DNA from: Patescibacteria group bacterium
Lineage (GTDB): Bacteria > Patescibacteriota > JACPGU01
Length of the DNA: 64,000 bases
Direction: 5' to 3'
Assembly: GCA_028718745.1 (NCBI GenBank)
Contig: JAQULF010000001.1
Coordinates: forward strand, 31,666-95,665
Shown: positions 19,559 to 28,998 of the stretch, one piece after another
How the letters are laid out: the number at the start of each line of letters is the position of its first letter
Numbering within the stretch: the stretch's first letter is position 1
Position numbers and translations under genes: made by a program
Notes under the pieces: model-generated
Database searches by the model: none
The model's input: only the letters and a program-made list of their open reading frames with translations
What the model was told of the DNA's origin: nothing

Positions 19559-19624
19559 GGGTTCGCCCAGTCATCCGACTGGGCGACCGATCGAATGATC
19601 GGTCGATTCCTAGTGGGGATATTT
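19559..19624 (+). repeat. Duplicate of the tRNA-Arg T-arm/3' end split by a 40-bp double hairpin
   Basis: GGTTCG-[CCCAGTCATCCGACTGGGCGACCGATCGAATGATCGGTCG]-ATTCCTAGTGGGGATATTT versus tRNA GGTTCGATTCCTGGCGAGGATATTT. Confidence 0.85.
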
Positions 19625-19628
19625 TTCT

Positions 19629-19678
19629 TGTCATCCTCGAGCTTCTGCTCCGTACTCGGACAGAAAATCGGGGATCCA
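19629..19678. repeat. TGTCAT-family palindromic element (half copy)
   Basis: TGTCATCCTCGAGCTTCTG...CAGAAAATCGGGGATCCA; related to 31074 and 46312. Confidence 0.75.
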
Positions 19679-19832
19679 ATACAACAAGAATATATAGTTC
19701 CTGATTGATTTTTATATTTTTTAATGATAAGATTTTATTTAAGAGGGCGCTGTTTGCCCTTTTTGTGTTTTATGTATCTTAAGAACTTGACGATTTCAAT
19801 AATTGAAAAAATAAAAAAACGGGGGTGTCACT

Positions 19833-20960
19833 GTGGCAAAAAAATCAGGAAATGAGTATGCGGATGCAGGAGTGGACTACACAAAGCTGGAAGCTTTCAA
19901 AGACATGATGATCGAAGTCGGCAAGCGCACCACGGGATTCCCGAACATTCGCAATGTATGCGTCGTTACTGACGCAATCCATGCGCACGGCGCGGTTTTC
20001 GAGTACACCGGCGATCAGCCTCATATCTGGTGTAAGACTCAGGAGGGGCTCGGAAACCTGAACTGGATCGCCGAGTGGATGCTTCAATTCGACGGCACGA
20101 AACGCAGCCGTTATGATATCCTCGGTCGCGCAGCAGCGCTTCTCATCGCGATTGATGTCATCGCGCAGGGAGCAATGCCGGTAATCTGGACGGATGAAAT
20201 CGCCGCGGGAGACAGTGACTGGTTCACCAACAAACAGAGGGCGGCCGACTATGCACAGGGATGCTTCGATGTCTGCAAGGAAATCGGCATGGCTCTGCCG
20301 GCCGGCGAATCACCCGCGCTCAAGTATCTCATCAAAGCGGAGCCGCCTGTTACAAGTGCTCCGTCATTGAGCGGATCCATAACCGGCATAATCGCTCCGA
20401 AAAGCCGGCTTATCACGGGCGCAAAATTGCGAGCAGGAGATGTGATTCTGGGCGCTCCCTCATCAGGGCTTCATTCTAACGGAATATCGCTCGTGATCAA
20501 GGAGGTCATGAAACTCTCGGATCAGTTCCTTACCAAGCTCAACGGCCAGACAGTGGGCGAGGAATGTCTCATTCCGATTCCATCGTATGTCAAATTGGTC
20601 GAAGCCCTACTCGAAAACGAAATCGAAATCCACGCCATATTGCCGGCAACCGGAGACGGCGTCGGCAAAATCGCGTTCGACAAACGCCCGTTCACCTACC
20701 GGGTCCACACATGGTGGCCAAAGATACCGCCGCTGTTCCTTTTCATGAAAGAACTGGGCGTGACCCTCGAAGGATGCCTCAAAACCTTCAACTGGGGCGC
20801 CGGAATCTACTTCTATGTGCCACGCTCAAGCGTTGACTCGGCAGTGGAAGTCGCCGCGCACGCCGGGTATGATCTGCTCGAACTCGGCCGGGTTGAAGAA
20901 GGAGAACGAAAAACCATCTTCGAGCCGGAAAGCGTCACGCTTCCCCCGCCGGGAGAATAA
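19833..20960 (+). CDS. purM: PurM (AIR synthetase)-like protein, divergent
   Basis: YADAGVD, AGES, SSGLHSNG, TFNWG motifs. Confidence 0.75.
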   Translation: MAKKSGNEYADAGVDYTKLEAFKDMMIEVGKRTTGFPNIRNVCVVTDAIHAHGAVFEYTGDQPHIWCKTQEGLGNLNWIAEWMLQFDGTKRSRYDILGRAAALLIAIDVIAQGAMPVIWTDEIAAGDSDWFTNKQRAADYAQGCFDVCKEIGMALPAGESPALKYLIKAEPPVTSAPSLSGSITGIIAPKSRLITGAKLRAGDVILGAPSSGLHSNGISLVIKEVMKLSDQFLTKLNGQTVGEECLIPIPSYVKLVEALLENEIEIHAILPATGDGVGKIAFDKRPFTYRVHTWWPKIPPLFLFMKELGVTLEGCLKTFNWGAGIYFYVPRSSVDSAVEVAAHAGYDLLELGRVEEGERKTIFEPESVTLPPPGE

Positions 20961-21084
20961 GAAACCCAACGAAAGTTTTCACGAGGATTCACATCGCCGC
21001 CGGCCTTTGGCCGGCGGCGATTTTCTTTTCCTTGATTTTCTTTCCCAATCTGCTATAATGTATAGAATAATAGAAGGAGGAATT

Positions 21085-21459
21085 TTGGAACATCCTGATT
21101 TTTTAAATCCCAGAGACATTTTACAAAATATATTAGATGTCCTGCATTGCCCTTTTTGCGGATGCGATTATTCGGAAGAAAATGCCAGACTGAAAGCCCA
21201 ATTTGAAAAAGATTATGTGGCGCACCTGACCTGTCCCGAATGCCAAAATAGCATTATTGCCAGTTTTTCCTATAAAAATAATAGGGGGATTTTTGAACAA
21301 AGATCTCCCAATCAGAAAATGGATATGGCTATGACGGAAATGGTAAAATTCGTCGCCAAAGGAACCATTAGCGATAATGATGTTATGAATTTATATAAAG
21401 AAATGGGGGACTTTGACGGAGATTTTCAAAGAATATTCAAAATAAAATATAAAAAATAA
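21085..21459 (+). CDS. Zinc-binding hypothetical protein
   Basis: AAGGAGG SD before TTG; CPFC...CPEC; C-terminal ISDNDV..FDGDF. Confidence 0.75.
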   Translation: MEHPDFLNPRDILQNILDVLHCPFCGCDYSEENARLKAQFEKDYVAHLTCPECQNSIIASFSYKNNRGIFEQRSPNQKMDMAMTEMVKFVAKGTISDNDVMNLYKEMGDFDGDFQRIFKIKYKK

Positions 21460-21561
21460 AAAACACAAATTAAAAACTTAAAAACATCTTTGTTTTTATA
21501 TATTTAAGTATTTGTTTTTTATCTTTTATTTTTAATATTTTATATTAACTAACAAAAAAAC

Positions 21562-22257
21562 ATGTCTGACTACAAACTAAAAGCTGAAAAGCGAGATATC
21601 ACCGGTAGTGGTGTTGAAGAATTGAGAGTGGCCGGAAACATTCCTGCTGTTGTTTATGGCAAAGGAAAAGAAAACCAAAATTTAACCGTTAATAAAATTG
21701 AATTCAATAAGATTTTTTCCAAAGCCGGAGAAAACTCTTTGATTGATCTTGAAATTGAAGGCGCTGGGATGCACAATGTTTTGGCTAAAGAAGTTCAATT
21801 CAATGCGGTAACCGATGAGCCGATTCATATTGATTTTTATGAAGTTAAAATGGATGAAGAAATTGAAACTGAAGTGCCTTTGAAATTCATTGGCGAATCA
21901 TTGGCCGTTAAAGATCTGGAAGGAACTTTAATTACCAATAAGACCGAAGTCACAGTAAAATGTTTGCCGGCAAATATCCCTCATGAAATTGAAATCGACC
22001 TTGGCAAACTGGCAACCTTTGAAGATTCTATTCAAGCCAAAGATATCAAATTACCGGCAAAAGTTGAATTGCTGACCGATTTGGAAGAAACTATCGCATT
22101 GGTAAATCCTCCACGATCTGAAGAAGAATTAAAGGAACTAGAATCTGAAGTAGTTGAAAATGTGGAAGCGGTGGAAGCAACTGCGGAGAAGAAGGAGGAA
22201 GGTGAGGCTGAAGGTGAACAACCGGCCGAAGCAGAAAAGAAGGAAGAGAAAGAATAA
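21562..22257 (+). CDS. rplY: 50S ribosomal protein L25 / Ctc
   Basis: LRVAGNIPAVVYG, PIHIDFY, CLPANIP, acidic tail. Confidence 0.96.
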   Translation: MSDYKLKAEKRDITGSGVEELRVAGNIPAVVYGKGKENQNLTVNKIEFNKIFSKAGENSLIDLEIEGAGMHNVLAKEVQFNAVTDEPIHIDFYEVKMDEEIETEVPLKFIGESLAVKDLEGTLITNKTEVTVKCLPANIPHEIEIDLGKLATFEDSIQAKDIKLPAKVELLTDLEETIALVNPPRSEEELKELESEVVENVEAVEATAEKKEEGEAEGEQPAEAEKKEEKE

Positions 22258-22263
22258 TAAGTT

Positions 22264-22332
22264 AGGATTAAATGATTAAATGAATAAAGGATTGTATTTT
22301 CTAATCATTTAGTCTTTTATTCCTTTATTCAT
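22264..22332. repeat. ATGAATAA-unit inverted array, related to 53502-53578
   Basis: TAAATGATTAAATGAATAAAGGA matches the reverse complement of the right arm of the 53502 element. Confidence 0.8.
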
Positions 22333-22373
22333 TGAAATCTAAATGCTATAATAAACAAAAATAAAACAAATCT

Positions 22374-23402
22374 ATGTTGGAAGATTCTACTAAAAAAACT
22401 GTTCTCTTTGAAATTTCGTGGCTAAGTATTATTAAAGTTGTCGCCATTATTCTGGGCGTCTATTTGCTTTTCTATCTGGCAGACATTTTTCTGATCTTGT
22501 TTGTTGTTTTTATTCTAGCCTCCGCCCTTTCTCCTCTGGTAGACACGATGAAAAGCAAACTCAAAATACCTCGGATTATGTCGATCCTTCTAATCTACAT
22601 CGGACTTTTGTTAATTGTTGCCTTGACCATTTATGCCATCATTCCTCCTGCAATAGAGCAGCTGCAAAATCTATCGCAAAATCTACCTGATTATGCTAAA
22701 AAAATAACTTCGCTTTTCAGTTCGCTAAGTGAATCTCCCGTATCAACCACCAATTCTATTCAGTCGGCTTCTTCCACTTTGGGAAATGTAGCCGGAACTT
22801 TCGTTCAATCGGCCGGGACTTTCTTCGGCGGGTTAACTACTGTTTTCTATATTCTAATTTTAACCTTATTTCTGCTTTTGGAAGAAGATGGCATTCGCAA
22901 ATTTTTTATTTCCTTGCTACCCATCAGCCAGAAATCTTATGTTATCGAAGTTAGCAAGAAAGTCGCCGACAAAATGGGAGCTTGGCTTATCGGACAGGTT
23001 TCCTTGATGGGTATAATAGGTTTCGTTACTGCTCTAGGATTGTGGATTATCGGCGTACCTTATGCTTTGACTCTTGGCATTATCGCTTTCTTCCTAGAAG
23101 CAGTACCTACTGTCGGGCCCATCATCGCCGCTATTCCGGCCGTAATTATTGCCTATATGGATGCTCCCTGGAAAGCGGTGGTTGTCCTAATCTTTGCGAC
23201 TTTAATTCAACAATTAGAAAATCAATTTCTTGTTCCAAAAATAATGCAAAAAGCTCTTGGGATTTCTCCGTTTGTAACGCTCGTAGCGCTTCTTGTCGGC
23301 GGTAAACTAGCAGGGGTAATGGGCGTGCTTCTCGCCGTCCCAACCGTCGCTGCTCTCTCTGTTCTATCTAAGGAGTGGCCGAATATCAGGAAAAGGATCT
23401 AG
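22374..23402 (+). CDS. AI-2E family transporter
   Basis: Polytopic; GVPYAL, VPTVGP, QQLENQFLVPKIM, GVLLAVP. Confidence 0.92.
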   Translation: MLEDSTKKTVLFEISWLSIIKVVAIILGVYLLFYLADIFLILFVVFILASALSPLVDTMKSKLKIPRIMSILLIYIGLLLIVALTIYAIIPPAIEQLQNLSQNLPDYAKKITSLFSSLSESPVSTTNSIQSASSTLGNVAGTFVQSAGTFFGGLTTVFYILILTLFLLLEEDGIRKFFISLLPISQKSYVIEVSKKVADKMGAWLIGQVSLMGIIGFVTALGLWIIGVPYALTLGIIAFFLEAVPTVGPIIAAIPAVIIAYMDAPWKAVVVLIFATLIQQLENQFLVPKIMQKALGISPFVTLVALLVGGKLAGVMGVLLAVPTVAALSVLSKEWPNIRKRI

Positions 23403-23482
23403 ACTAACTGTCTTTAAAATGAGAAGGGTTAAAAAGTTCGAAAAACATTGTTTTTATTTTTTAGTAATGATATTATGAGTGT

Positions 23483-23743
23483 ATGAATACAAAAACTGTC
23501 AAAAAAAGAGTAAAGGTGCTGGATATCGCGATGATACAAATTCCATTGTCCTCTTTGCGTTGCATCCTTTCTTATCCAAAAGAGAACAAAATTATTTGCG
23601 AGATTGATGTAAAAAGCATAGAGAGAGTGAATAAATCCAAAGATTTAGATGAAATAATCAATGAATCTCGCCTTGATTATGCGCTCGGAAATTACAAATC
23701 CTTTGCTTCCGCCAAAGATCTTATTGCTGAATTAAGATCGTAA
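23483..23743 (+). CDS. Putative antitoxin
   Basis: Small ORF just upstream of the toxin; C-terminal GNYKSFASAKDLIAEL. Confidence 0.7.
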   Translation: MNTKTVKKRVKVLDIAMIQIPLSSLRCILSYPKENKIICEIDVKSIERVNKSKDLDEIINESRLDYALGNYKSFASAKDLIAELRS

Positions 23744-23749
23744 ATAAAA

Positions 23750-24031
23750 ATGAAAATAAATCTCTCGCACAGATTTAAGAGATCATATAAAAAGCTACCC
23801 TCAAATATCAAGGATGATTTTGATAAAAGGATAGCTCTTTTTATTGATAATCCCAAAAATCCAAAATTGAAAGTGCATAAACTAAAAGGAAGACTGCAAA
23901 CTTGTTTGTCTTTTTATGTGCAAGATGGCTATAGGGTTCTTTTTGATTTTTCAGAAAATAATACCGAAGATAAGGTTGTTAATCTGCTCGATATCGGTTC
24001 GCATGATAAATATCGGAATTGGGAAAAATAA
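23750..24031 (+). CDS. RelE/YafQ-family mRNA interferase toxin
   Basis: FKRSYKKLP..LKVHKLKG..YRVLF..DIGSHD. Confidence 0.85.
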   Translation: MKINLSHRFKRSYKKLPSNIKDDFDKRIALFIDNPKNPKLKVHKLKGRLQTCLSFYVQDGYRVLFDFSENNTEDKVVNLLDIGSHDKYRNWEK

Positions 24032-24149
24032 ATTCGCTAAAAAACATAATACACTATGTCCGTATTTCTAATTGAATTTTTTTATATCTTAGGGGAGATA
24101 AGGTGAAAATACTGTATTTTACAGTTCAAATTTTTGTTAAAATACTTTT

Positions 24150-24665
24150 ATGGATACTACTGTCTTTGAACAAATTAAAAGAATTAATGAACATGGACAA
24201 GAGTATTGGCGTGCTCGAGATTTGATGGTTACTCTCGGATATGTTGAATGGCGTAAATTTGAAGGTGCAATAGAAAGAGCAAAAGAAGCATGTACAAACA
24301 GTGGTCAGTCGACAAAGGATCATTTCGCCGGCGCCGCCAAAATGATAAAAATCGCTACAGGAACCCCAAAAGAAGCGATGAGAGAAGTTGATGACTATTA
24401 TTTATCTCGCTATGCTTGTTATCTCATCGCTCAAAATGGTGATCCGAGGAAGAAAGAAATTGCTCTCGCCCAAACATATTTTGCGGTACAAACCAGAAAA
24501 CAAGAAACGCAAGAATTTTTACACGAACTTTTTGAAGAAGATCGTGCGAGATTGGCTTTTAGAGAAGATATAAAAGAAAAAAACCGCAAACTTTTTGGAA
24601 CAGCAAAATCCGTGGGCGTGTCTGACTATGCGAATTTTCAAAGCCGACATTTTTATATAAAATAA
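24150..24665 (+). pseudogene. dinD: DNA damage-inducible protein D (DinD), C-terminally truncated
   Basis: FEQIKR..EYWRARDL..LSRYACYLIAQNGDPRK..AQTYFAVQTRKQE; ends after YANFQ without the GYxGLY region. Confidence 0.8.
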
Positions 24666-24681
24666 GAACTTCCTTACCACT

Positions 24682-25131
24682 ATGAAAATAAAAACCCCAG
24701 GCAGGATTATCAACATCAGAAACTCATCATGGGATGATTACCGATATTGTTATGAGCTAACAAAAAGGAATATGCGACCTTTTTATATAAAGCATAAGCT
24801 TGAGTGGAAACCAAAAAGTTACCGGAGAAACTTCGATCCGAAATTTGTAAAGATTCTTGAGATTAACAATAGACGAATTGGCTTTTACAAGCTTTCATTT
24901 AAAGAAAATCATTGGCACTTGGGAGATTTACAAATTTCGGGTTTATTTAGGGGCAAAGGTATTGGCACCGAAATAATGAAACTAATTGAAAAAACTGTAA
25001 AAATGAAAGGTCGCAATTCTATAAAACTAAGAGTTTTTGTTGATAATCCTGCCCTGTCTTTATACAAAAAGACTGGCTATAAGATGATTGAACAACAAGG
25101 AAGTTCTTATTTGATGCACAAAAAGTTGTAA
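24682..25131 (+). CDS. GNAT family acetyltransferase
   Basis: FRGKGIGT, LRVFVDNPALSLYKKTGY. Confidence 0.88.
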   Translation: MKIKTPGRIINIRNSSWDDYRYCYELTKRNMRPFYIKHKLEWKPKSYRRNFDPKFVKILEINNRRIGFYKLSFKENHWHLGDLQISGLFRGKGIGTEIMKLIEKTVKMKGRNSIKLRVFVDNPALSLYKKTGYKMIEQQGSSYLMHKKL

Positions 25132-25265
25132 TGTCGGTATCTGCGTCATATGTCGCCTAACACGGGATATCTGGCTACAGAAATTTGACACATTTAAAGA
25201 TTAAGCATTATGCAAAATAATTATTAGCGACTTTTATTAAATATAAAAAAGGCAAATTCATTTCT

Positions 25266-25871
25266 ATGTCAAAAATTGCAATTGATGTTGTCCTACTTCC
25301 TTCTGAATTAATGATAAAGAACGCAATTGAAGTTAATCAGAAACTATTGCGACAATATCCCAACAAAATTATCTTAAATGAGGAAGATTGTTTTCCTCAT
25401 ATTTCATTGTGTATGGGCGTTATAGATGAAAACGATATTCCTGCTATTTCCAAAATAATTGCAGAAATCGGAAAACAATTTTCTGTATTAAACCTGACCG
25501 CTACAGACTTATCAGCCGAAACTATTCCTGCAGGCGATAAAGTCGCTGATTTTACGATCCAACCTACAGAAAAACTTCAATTGCTTCATGAATTAATAAT
25601 GAAAGGGCTGTCGCAATTTTTGATATATAATCCTGCGGCCGATATGCTATTTACACCACCTGCTATAGAAGAGGTTACTTTCTATTGGATAAAAAATTAC
25701 CCCCATAAATCAAGTTTTGATAAATATAAACCGCACATTACATTAGGTTTTGGCGAAATAGCTTATACAGAATTGCCAATCCAATTTACATCATCAAAAC
25801 TCGCTTTATGTCAGCTTGGCAACTATTGTACCTGCAGAAAAATACTCGCTTCCACGGAATTAAAAAATTGA
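25266..25871 (+). CDS. 2H phosphoesterase (2'-5' RNA ligase superfamily)
   Basis: Two Hx(S/T)x motifs: PHISL and PHITLG. Confidence 0.82.
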   Translation: MSKIAIDVVLLPSELMIKNAIEVNQKLLRQYPNKIILNEEDCFPHISLCMGVIDENDIPAISKIIAEIGKQFSVLNLTATDLSAETIPAGDKVADFTIQPTEKLQLLHELIMKGLSQFLIYNPAADMLFTPPAIEEVTFYWIKNYPHKSSFDKYKPHITLGFGEIAYTELPIQFTSSKLALCQLGNYCTCRKILASTELKN

Positions 25872-26275
25872 ATTTGCCCTTTTAATTAAGGATTAATTAA
25901 TCCTGAACATTTGTCCCGTAAAACAATCAGAAAATTTTGCTTTTTTATTTGATATATTTAGAGGGGCGCAGCGGAGCTGCGAAGTTGAAGGACTATTTAG
26001 GGGGAAAACAAAAAGACGATCTATTAAGATCGTCTTTTTAAAATCCAAGATGTTTTTGGTTATTTTGTGAAATTAATTGCGTCAATAAAATGCTGAAATC
26101 CATTATCGAATTCCTTATCAATACCACTACTTTGTTTTGATATTATTATGGTTTCATTATTATCGGGCGAGGTTAAATAATATTGTCTACAATTCATCAT
26201 ATTATAAAACATATTTTTAAATTATACAACAAAAAGATCCTTACAAAACAATGATCTCTGCGGTACAATAAAACT

Positions 26276-26687
26276 ATGAAACAACCAAAGAAATTAAATA
26301 ATGAAATTACTTTTTACCAAACACCCGACGGAGGAGTAAATATTGAGGTATTATATGCTGATGAAAACATCTGGCTAACCCAAAAACTGATGGCGGAACT
26401 TTTTGGATGTTCTGCAGATAATATATCTCTTCACTTAAAAAATATTTACAAAGAAAAAGAATTGGATGAAAGTTCAACTACCAAGGATTCCTCGGTAGTT
26501 CAAAAAGAAGGTAATAGAGCGATAAAAAGAAAATTCAACTACCAAGGATTTCTCGGTAGTCCAAACTTTGATAGAGAAAGAATATGAAGTTTATAGAAAA
26601 AAACAAGACAAGTTTTTTGAAAGTGATTTTGATAAAGAGGTAAAAAAACTAATTCAAGAATCCAAAAAGAAAAAGATACGCGGCTAA
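26276..26687 (+). pseudogene. RhuM-family protein remnant with an internal deletion
   Basis: N-terminus IWLTQKLMAELF..NISLHLKNIY; out-of-frame C-terminus EYEVYRKKQD..ESDFDK; middle part missing. Confidence 0.8.
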
Positions 26688-26798
26688 TCTGCATGCCGTC
26701 CCAACCGTCGCGGCTCTCTCTGTTCTATCTAAAGAATGGCCAAATATTAGGAAAAGAATTTAATTGCACTCTCATTTTTTGGCTTATCTAACTTAACT

Positions 26799-26828
26799 GT
26801 TGACAAAAAGTCGGCTTTTGTAGTATAA
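26799..26828 (+). promoter_or_regulatory. Consensus sigma70 promoter
   Basis: TTGACA...TATAAT upstream of the orphan at 26879. Confidence 0.75.
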
Positions 26829-26878
26829 TGCAGGGGTCTAAAAAGACAAATCTGATCGTTGAAAAGAGGTGTTTGCAC

Positions 26879-27346
26879 ATGAAAATTGTCAGCGCGCCTA
26901 AATCCCCCGAGATTATCGAGGGTCTGCGCAAGAAGCAGGAAGAATACCGGCGTCGATTCAAAGTTGAAAAATCCACCATCGCCTTCGCACTCGCACTCGT
27001 CATCATCGGTACAGCTCTGTTCATGATCACCGGCATCTACGGGTTCATGCTCCTCGTCTTTTCCGGAATCTGGCTCCTTGTTAGGTCCGGCGAAGGCTAT
27101 GTTGATACCCTCTACAAACGCTGGGTCATCAAGGAAAGGTTGAACCCCAAATTCATCGACACGGAAATCTATCTGTACATCGATGAAGCCCCCGAGTCCA
27201 TCATCGCCAGAATGATCGGGGCGGAAAAATGCGGGGAGATTTTCAATCGCGCAATGAGAGTCATAAATGATTATAGCAAGACGGGAGGAAAAAACACCTT
27301 CAAGGATATAGGCGACCAGAGAGTTCCTTCTGCTCTTCTGATGTAA
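26879..27346 (+). CDS. Hypothetical 2-TM membrane protein
   Basis: GAGGTG SD before ATG 26879; two hydrophobic segments. Confidence 0.7.
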   Translation: MKIVSAPKSPEIIEGLRKKQEEYRRRFKVEKSTIAFALALVIIGTALFMITGIYGFMLLVFSGIWLLVRSGEGYVDTLYKRWVIKERLNPKFIDTEIYLYIDEAPESIIARMIGAEKCGEIFNRAMRVINDYSKTGGKNTFKDIGDQRVPSALLM

Positions 27347-27393
27347 CCCCGTCATTCACAATGACAACAAAAGGCAAACCTGCGGGTTGCCTT

Positions 27394-27888
27394 TTACTTT
27401 GCCAACAAATAAATCGAAACTATTACAAAAGGAATCTGGGTGACAATGCCCCAAAAGATTCTTTTTTTTGTGTAGATATTCATATCCTCGGCTGTTTCCC
27501 AAATATCCTTTGGCTTTTCATCAAACCAGTGTACATTGCGATGAAATTTTAAAAAGAAGGAAAGTGGTTTGATTTTTAAAATTCTGATAATAAGCTCAAT
27601 CAAGTCCGGCAAAGCGCAAGCTGCTCCTCCAAGAAATGCAGCAATCCAAGTTGCGGAATTATATCCTCGCAAAATGCCAATCGTAACAAAAAGCGCAAAA
27701 GCCAAAAACGGATCCAGTAGAACTAAAATAAGTGTTTTAATTTTCTTTAAATGTTTGTATCCGTAATTCCAATGCGGAACCAAATCCATGATAAAATGAA
27801 GAGCGAATCCAAAAACAACCGCCAAAATAGGATTGCCGGTAGCTTTGCCGATAGCGGCGCCAGCTAGAAAATGAGAAGAAATAACCAT
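27394..27888 (-). CDS. Membrane-bound metal-dependent hydrolase-like protein
   Basis: SHFLAG, LHFIMDLVPHW, ALPD, FHRNVH. Confidence 0.7.
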   Translation of the reverse strand: MVISSHFLAGAAIGKATGNPILAVVFGFALHFIMDLVPHWNYGYKHLKKIKTLILVLLDPFLAFALFVTIGILRGYNSATWIAAFLGGAACALPDLIELIIRILKIKPLSFFLKFHRNVHWFDEKPKDIWETAEDMNIYTKKRIFWGIVTQIPFVIVSIYLLAK

Positions 27889-27990
27889 AGAACAATTTTA
27901 AAAATTAAATTTTGAATTTTAAATTTATTTCTTAACTTTACAATTTACAATTTAAAATTTACAATGTGAGTATTCTTATTATAATTCATT

Positions 27991-28998
27991 ATGCCTCAAT
28001 CCACAAATTCAAATGTCAGTTACGAAATTTCCTGGTCCAGCATCTTAAAAGTGTTGGTTGTTATTGCGTTTATTTATCTGCTCTTTTACTTATCCGGCGT
28101 GATTTTGATGCTTTTTACCGTTATTATCTTGGCTGTTTCCCTCTCTCCAATTGTTGAAAAATTAAAAAACAAGCTCCACATACCCCGAATCTTGGCGATT
28201 ACCATAATTTATATTTTAATTCTGGCTTTTGTCTTTTTAACCGTTTACACTATTGTGCCACCGGTGATGGAACAGGTAAAAAACCTTTATCAGATCTTGC
28301 CGGATTACGCCAAAAATATAGTTCCCTTTTTAAAATCGGTAAATAGTTATAGTCCGGCCAGTAGCGCAACGACAGGTGGGATCGCCCAAACATTAAGCGG
28401 ATTTTTTGGCAGTATTTTAAATTTCTTCCTGATCTTGGTTCTAACATTTTTCTTATTAATTGAGGAAGGTGGTTTTGTTAAATACATCGTTTCGCTTTTT
28501 CCGGTCTCTGATAAAGCTTATGCAATCACCATCGGCAAAAAAATATCCAACAAAATCGGCTCCTGGTTTGCCGGACAGATTTTAATTATGGTAATTATCG
28601 GAGTAGTGAATGCCTTAGCTATGTGGGCCGTCGGAATTCCTTATGCTCTGGTTCTGGGACTACTAGCCTTTATTTTTGAATCGGTACCCAATATCGGGCC
28701 CATTGCCGCTGCTGCCCCAGCCTTGGTTTTGGCCTACATCGATGCCCCATGGAAAGCGGTCTATGTCTTGGTTTTCACTCTCGTTTTACACCAGCTTTCC
28801 AATCAATTTCTAGTACCAAAAGTTATGGGGAAAATTTTGAATATCTCCGCCTTTGTGATAATTTTAGGTTTAATTATAGGAGGGGAGTTAGCCGGAATAA
28901 CCGGTATGATTCTAGCTCTACCCGTAGTAGCTGCCATTCAGGTAATGGCGCAAGAATGGCCGAATATTAAAACGAGAATTCCAAATAATGAAAAATAG
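27991..28998 (+). CDS. AI-2E family transporter (paralog of 22374)
   Basis: EISWSSILKV, GIPYAL, VPNIGP, NQFLVPKVM, EWPNIK. Confidence 0.92.
   Translation: MPQSTNSNVSYEISWSSILKVLVVIAFIYLLFYLSGVILMLFTVIILAVSLSPIVEKLKNKLHIPRILAITIIYILILAFVFLTVYTIVPPVMEQVKNLYQILPDYAKNIVPFLKSVNSYSPASSATTGGIAQTLSGFFGSILNFFLILVLTFFLLIEEGGFVKYIVSLFPVSDKAYAITIGKKISNKIGSWFAGQILIMVIIGVVNALAMWAVGIPYALVLGLLAFIFESVPNIGPIAAAAPALVLAYIDAPWKAVYVLVFTLVLHQLSNQFLVPKVMGKILNISAFVIILGLIIGGELAGITGMILALPVVAAIQVMAQEWPNIKTRIPNNEK

Larger units (their letters stand above)
23403..26763. mobile_element. Integrase-less islet bounded by a 69-bp direct repeat of the AI-2E gene 3' end
   Basis: 23334-23402 repeated at 26695-26763 with 8 differences; cargo is TA pair, dinD fragment, GNAT, 2H protein, rhuM remnant. 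Confidence 0.8.

Noticed and set aside
24040-24066. dif/Xer-like site (AACATAATACACTATGTCCG)
   Set aside because: The central spacer is too short and the XerD arm is poor; at most a decayed remnant
25150-25235. Integron attC (GCCTAAC after the GNAT gene)
   Set aside because: No matching GTTRRRY end, no extended imperfect palindrome, and no intI
26695-28998. The 26695 duplicate as a fragment of the second AI-2E paralog (27991)
   Set aside because: It encodes exactly the tail of the 22374 gene, not ALPVVAAIQVMAQEWPNIKTRI
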